From Basidiobolus meristosporus CBS 931.73 (Eukaryota; Fungi; Basidiobolomycota), in contig MCFE01000790.1 of NCBI GenBank assembly GCA_002104905.1, positions 1 through 36,132 on the forward strand: a stretch of DNA of 36,132 nt. Direction: 5' to 3'. A program made the translations under genes and the position numbers. This document shows positions 33,400 through 36,132 of this stretch, one piece after another; the stretch's first letter is position 1, and every line of letters starts with the position of its first letter. Under the pieces are notes generated by a model. The model saw nothing but the letters and a program-made list of their open reading frames with translations, was not told the origin of the DNA and made no database searches.

Positions 33400-33930
33400 G
33401 TACAAATATACAGTGAATTGATTTGTATCTTAGCTATTTTACCTATTCTTCTGCTGTCTCCTAAAATGACTTTTCTCTGAATTTACCTGCTAATATACCA
33501 ATTCTCTTCAGATATCTAAATGTATGCTCTACCCTCACTCTGAAATTATTAACTATCTCATTGTAGAGCTTCTGCTTACTGTTAAGCACACCACCCCTTG
33601 GCTTCCTATAAACTATAATACATCCTAATCTCCTACTATCCTCTTCTATATAAGCCCAATCTGTCACACATTTCTCCCCTTTACTGAATTCTGGATGGTT
33701 CTCTACCCAAAATGCTTTGTCATGCCTACTTCCAGCAAATAGCCCACTAAACCAGATGAAGTTACCCTCAATGCCAAACAGTGCTTAAAACTTCACACAG
33801 TGTGCCTTGTACTTGCCAGAATAATAGTGCCTCTGGCTTCTAAAAAGTCTGCAAACCTTGACTGGGAAAATATCCATAGTATCCCTAATATGGAGCCTGT
33901 TGCTGAACACTCAGGGATATGGAAGTCTAT
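33400..33930 (-). pseudogene. DDE_Tnp_4-type (Harbinger/ISL2EU/IS5-like) transposase
   Basis: MDIFPVKVCRLFRSQRHYYSGKYKAHCVKF*ALFGIEG...GSRHD...VTDWAY...YNEIVNNFRVRVEHTFRYLKRIGIL, matching the YSGKxK-H, HD, D-x-x-Y and RxxVE motifs. Confidence 0.85.
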
Positions 33931-34088
33931 TGCAGCTGCTAAGCCTAGTATTTCAAGCTTGCTGTAAGTTATTCATACCCTCTGCAGGTGGTTTTCCATT
34001 GCTGTCAGCTGGGAATGAAAGCTTCAATGACTTTTATTACCATGAATGGTTGGATGAATCCTTGTAGGACAATAGTTCTTGTGGTGGC

Positions 34089-36132
34089 TGTTGAAATATT
34101 GGACTATTTGGTATCATTCAGCAGCTAAAAATTTACTTAACAATTCTAGACTAGCCTTAGTCACTGTAGGACTCATTTACTGCCTTAACTTTGCCACTTT
34201 CTCCAGATATATGATCTTATGATTATTCCCCTATATTCAAGATCAAATTAGCACTATTACCAAACATCATGTACTACCCTGAAACTGTTACAGAATGCTC
34301 CTTAATATTGAGAAACCCTCCCTACTTAGTGTTACAGCTGTTTTACTTCTACAAAGGTATGAATACTGAGCTTCTCTTTTAATAAACAACAGTCCAACTA
34401 TTATCACTATTTCTTGATAAGTTCCTTATATCCAAATCACTTCTTAAATTGCAACAGGTTATGAGCCCCAATTGCCTTAATCTACTCTAAAGATGACTTC
34501 TACCAGCAAATAAAGCAATACCAACATCTTCCCTGCAAAGGAGAGGTTTGATGGTAAGAACTACAGACTTTGGAGAATCAAGATGCAGATCCACCTTGAG
34601 GAAAGAAAGCTTTGGAACATAGTAACCGGAAAGGAAGTTGAGCCCAAAGGAACAGCAGAAGATGTGGAGAAGCTTCAAGAGAAGGAGAGAAAGGCCTTCA
34701 ATGCCATATGCATCAATGTGTAAGACTCCTTCATTGGACAAATCCATGCCTCAAATACTGCCAAAGCAGCATGGGAATCCTTAGAGAAGATCTTTAGAGC
34801 AAATTCAGTATCAAGCAAGCTTTATTTGAAACAAAAGTTCTTCAACATGAGGAAGAAGCCAGATGATGACATGCTACAACTCATTACCAGAATGGAGACA
34901 CTTGCAGAAGAACTTTACAGTATTAATGCTGGTGTAGATGATGAAGAAAAGATACTCTGTCTGCTTTGCAGCTTACCAGACAAGTATGAGCCACTCATAC
35001 TTTCTTTTGAAAGCAGAGAGGACAACTTGACTTTAGACTATATCAAAGGAAGACTTCTCCATGAAGAACTCAGACGTAATGATCAAGCAGAGAAAATAGA
35101 AGATAATGCTTTATTCAGCTCAGAAAGGCACACAGAAAAGAAGGGAAAGCAACAAAACCAAAGAAAACCTGGCTGCTGTAACTACTGTAAAAGGCCAGGA
35201 CACTGGGCAAGAGAATGCAAGAAGAAACAAGCAGACAAAAAACAGAAACTAGAGCAGGCAAACCATATAACTACTGATGCACAGTTATTTGTAACTGTAC
35301 AAGAGAGTGCAAGTAACCAAAGTAATGAATGGTATGTTGACTCTGGAGCATCACAGCATATTTGTGGTATAAAGGATTGGTTCAGCAACTTAAAGACTAT
35401 TCCTGTAGAAAGGTTTATCTGGGAGATAACTCTGCATTGGAAGCCACCACCAGTGGGTCTATACAACTAAATATGAGTGATAACTCAGGGGCAACAACAG
35501 CAAAACTGACTGACGTACTCTATGTACCTGGAATAGCTAAGAACCTACTCTCAGTCAGTAAAGCAACTACTCAGGGACCAAAATTGTTTTTGCTAAGCTG
35601 AGCTGCTCAATATTGAATGAAAATGGACAAAAATTAGCTTTGGGAATCAGAGATCACAATATATATAAGTTGCAATGCAAGATCATTGTACCTGAGTATG
35701 TCAACATTGCTGAAACTGATGAAACCAACTGGGAGACATGGCATAGGAGGCTAGGACACATTGGGGAACAGAAAATGAGCCAATTGTTGAAAAATCAGAG
35801 TGTTTTGGGCCTAAAATACATAATTCTAATCAAATTGAATGTTTGTAACGGATGTTCATATGCCAAACAAGCTAGGCAACGGTCCAAGAGCTCAGAAGGC
35901 ATCAATACCACCAAAATATTGGCTATTTTACACTCAGACATATGTGGCCCCATAAGAACACTGTCCTTTGGAGCCAAGAGATACTTTATGACGTTTATTG
36001 ATGACAAGACAAGATAGACATGGGTGTACTTCCTCAAAACAAAGGATGAAGCTTTGGAGATGTTTAAGCACTTCAAGAACATGGCAGAAACACAAACTGG
36101 GTGTAAATTGAAGGTACTATAAAGTGACAATA
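34089..36132 (+). mobile_element. Decayed Cop1 copy (5' LTR 34089-34456, PBS 34457-34469, gag-PR-IN), runs off the window
   Basis: Highly similar to 3921-8605; ATG 34493; premature stops at 34511, 34721, 36015 and 36120; frameshifts near 35408 and 35590. Confidence 0.95.

Larger units (their letters stand above)
32094..34088 (-). mobile_element. PIF/Harbinger (ISL2EU-like) transposon, 3' half
   Basis: TIR AGACTTGTTCCAATGG at 32094, interrupted by LTR3, then subterminal TGGCACT repeats and a DDE_Tnp_4-like pseudogene; cut off by a Cop1 LTR at 34089. Confidence 0.75.

Noticed and set aside
1-36132. A prokaryote-style novel system (defence operon, retron, CRISPR) or a host gene
   Set aside because: No operon structure or non-TE protein motifs; nearly every segment maps to eukaryotic TE families.

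Overview
The window is eukaryotic, fungal-like, strongly CpG-depleted DNA made almost entirely of nested transposable elements. I found no host gene, rRNA or CRISPR array. At least six TE families are resolved. (1) Ty1/copia family 'Cop1': a full-length copy (3921-8605, minus) with near-identical LTRs, an AGATT TSD and a 1305-aa ORF, plus two decayed internal copies and two LTR remnants. (2) An older copia 'Cop2', whose gag is split by Cop1. (3) A Ty3/gypsy element 'Gyp1' (17505-23392, 4-bp TSD TATG) inserted in a Cop1 integrase and carrying an antisense solo LTR of its own family in gag. (4) A second gypsy pol fragment and three ~1-kb LTR-like repeats. (5) A CACTA/EnSpm-like (Tnp2) DNA transposon that, across several copies, pairs the transposase head-to-head with an uncharacterised second ORF. 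(6) A PIF/Harbinger-ISL2EU-like family with AGACTTGTTC termini and 3-bp TSDs, seen as a DDE_Tnp_4 pseudogene, several terminal fragments and two ~750-bp foldback (hairpin) elements. Families 5 and 6 are the best novelty candidates. All alignments were done by eye; boundaries with TSDs are exact, others approximate.
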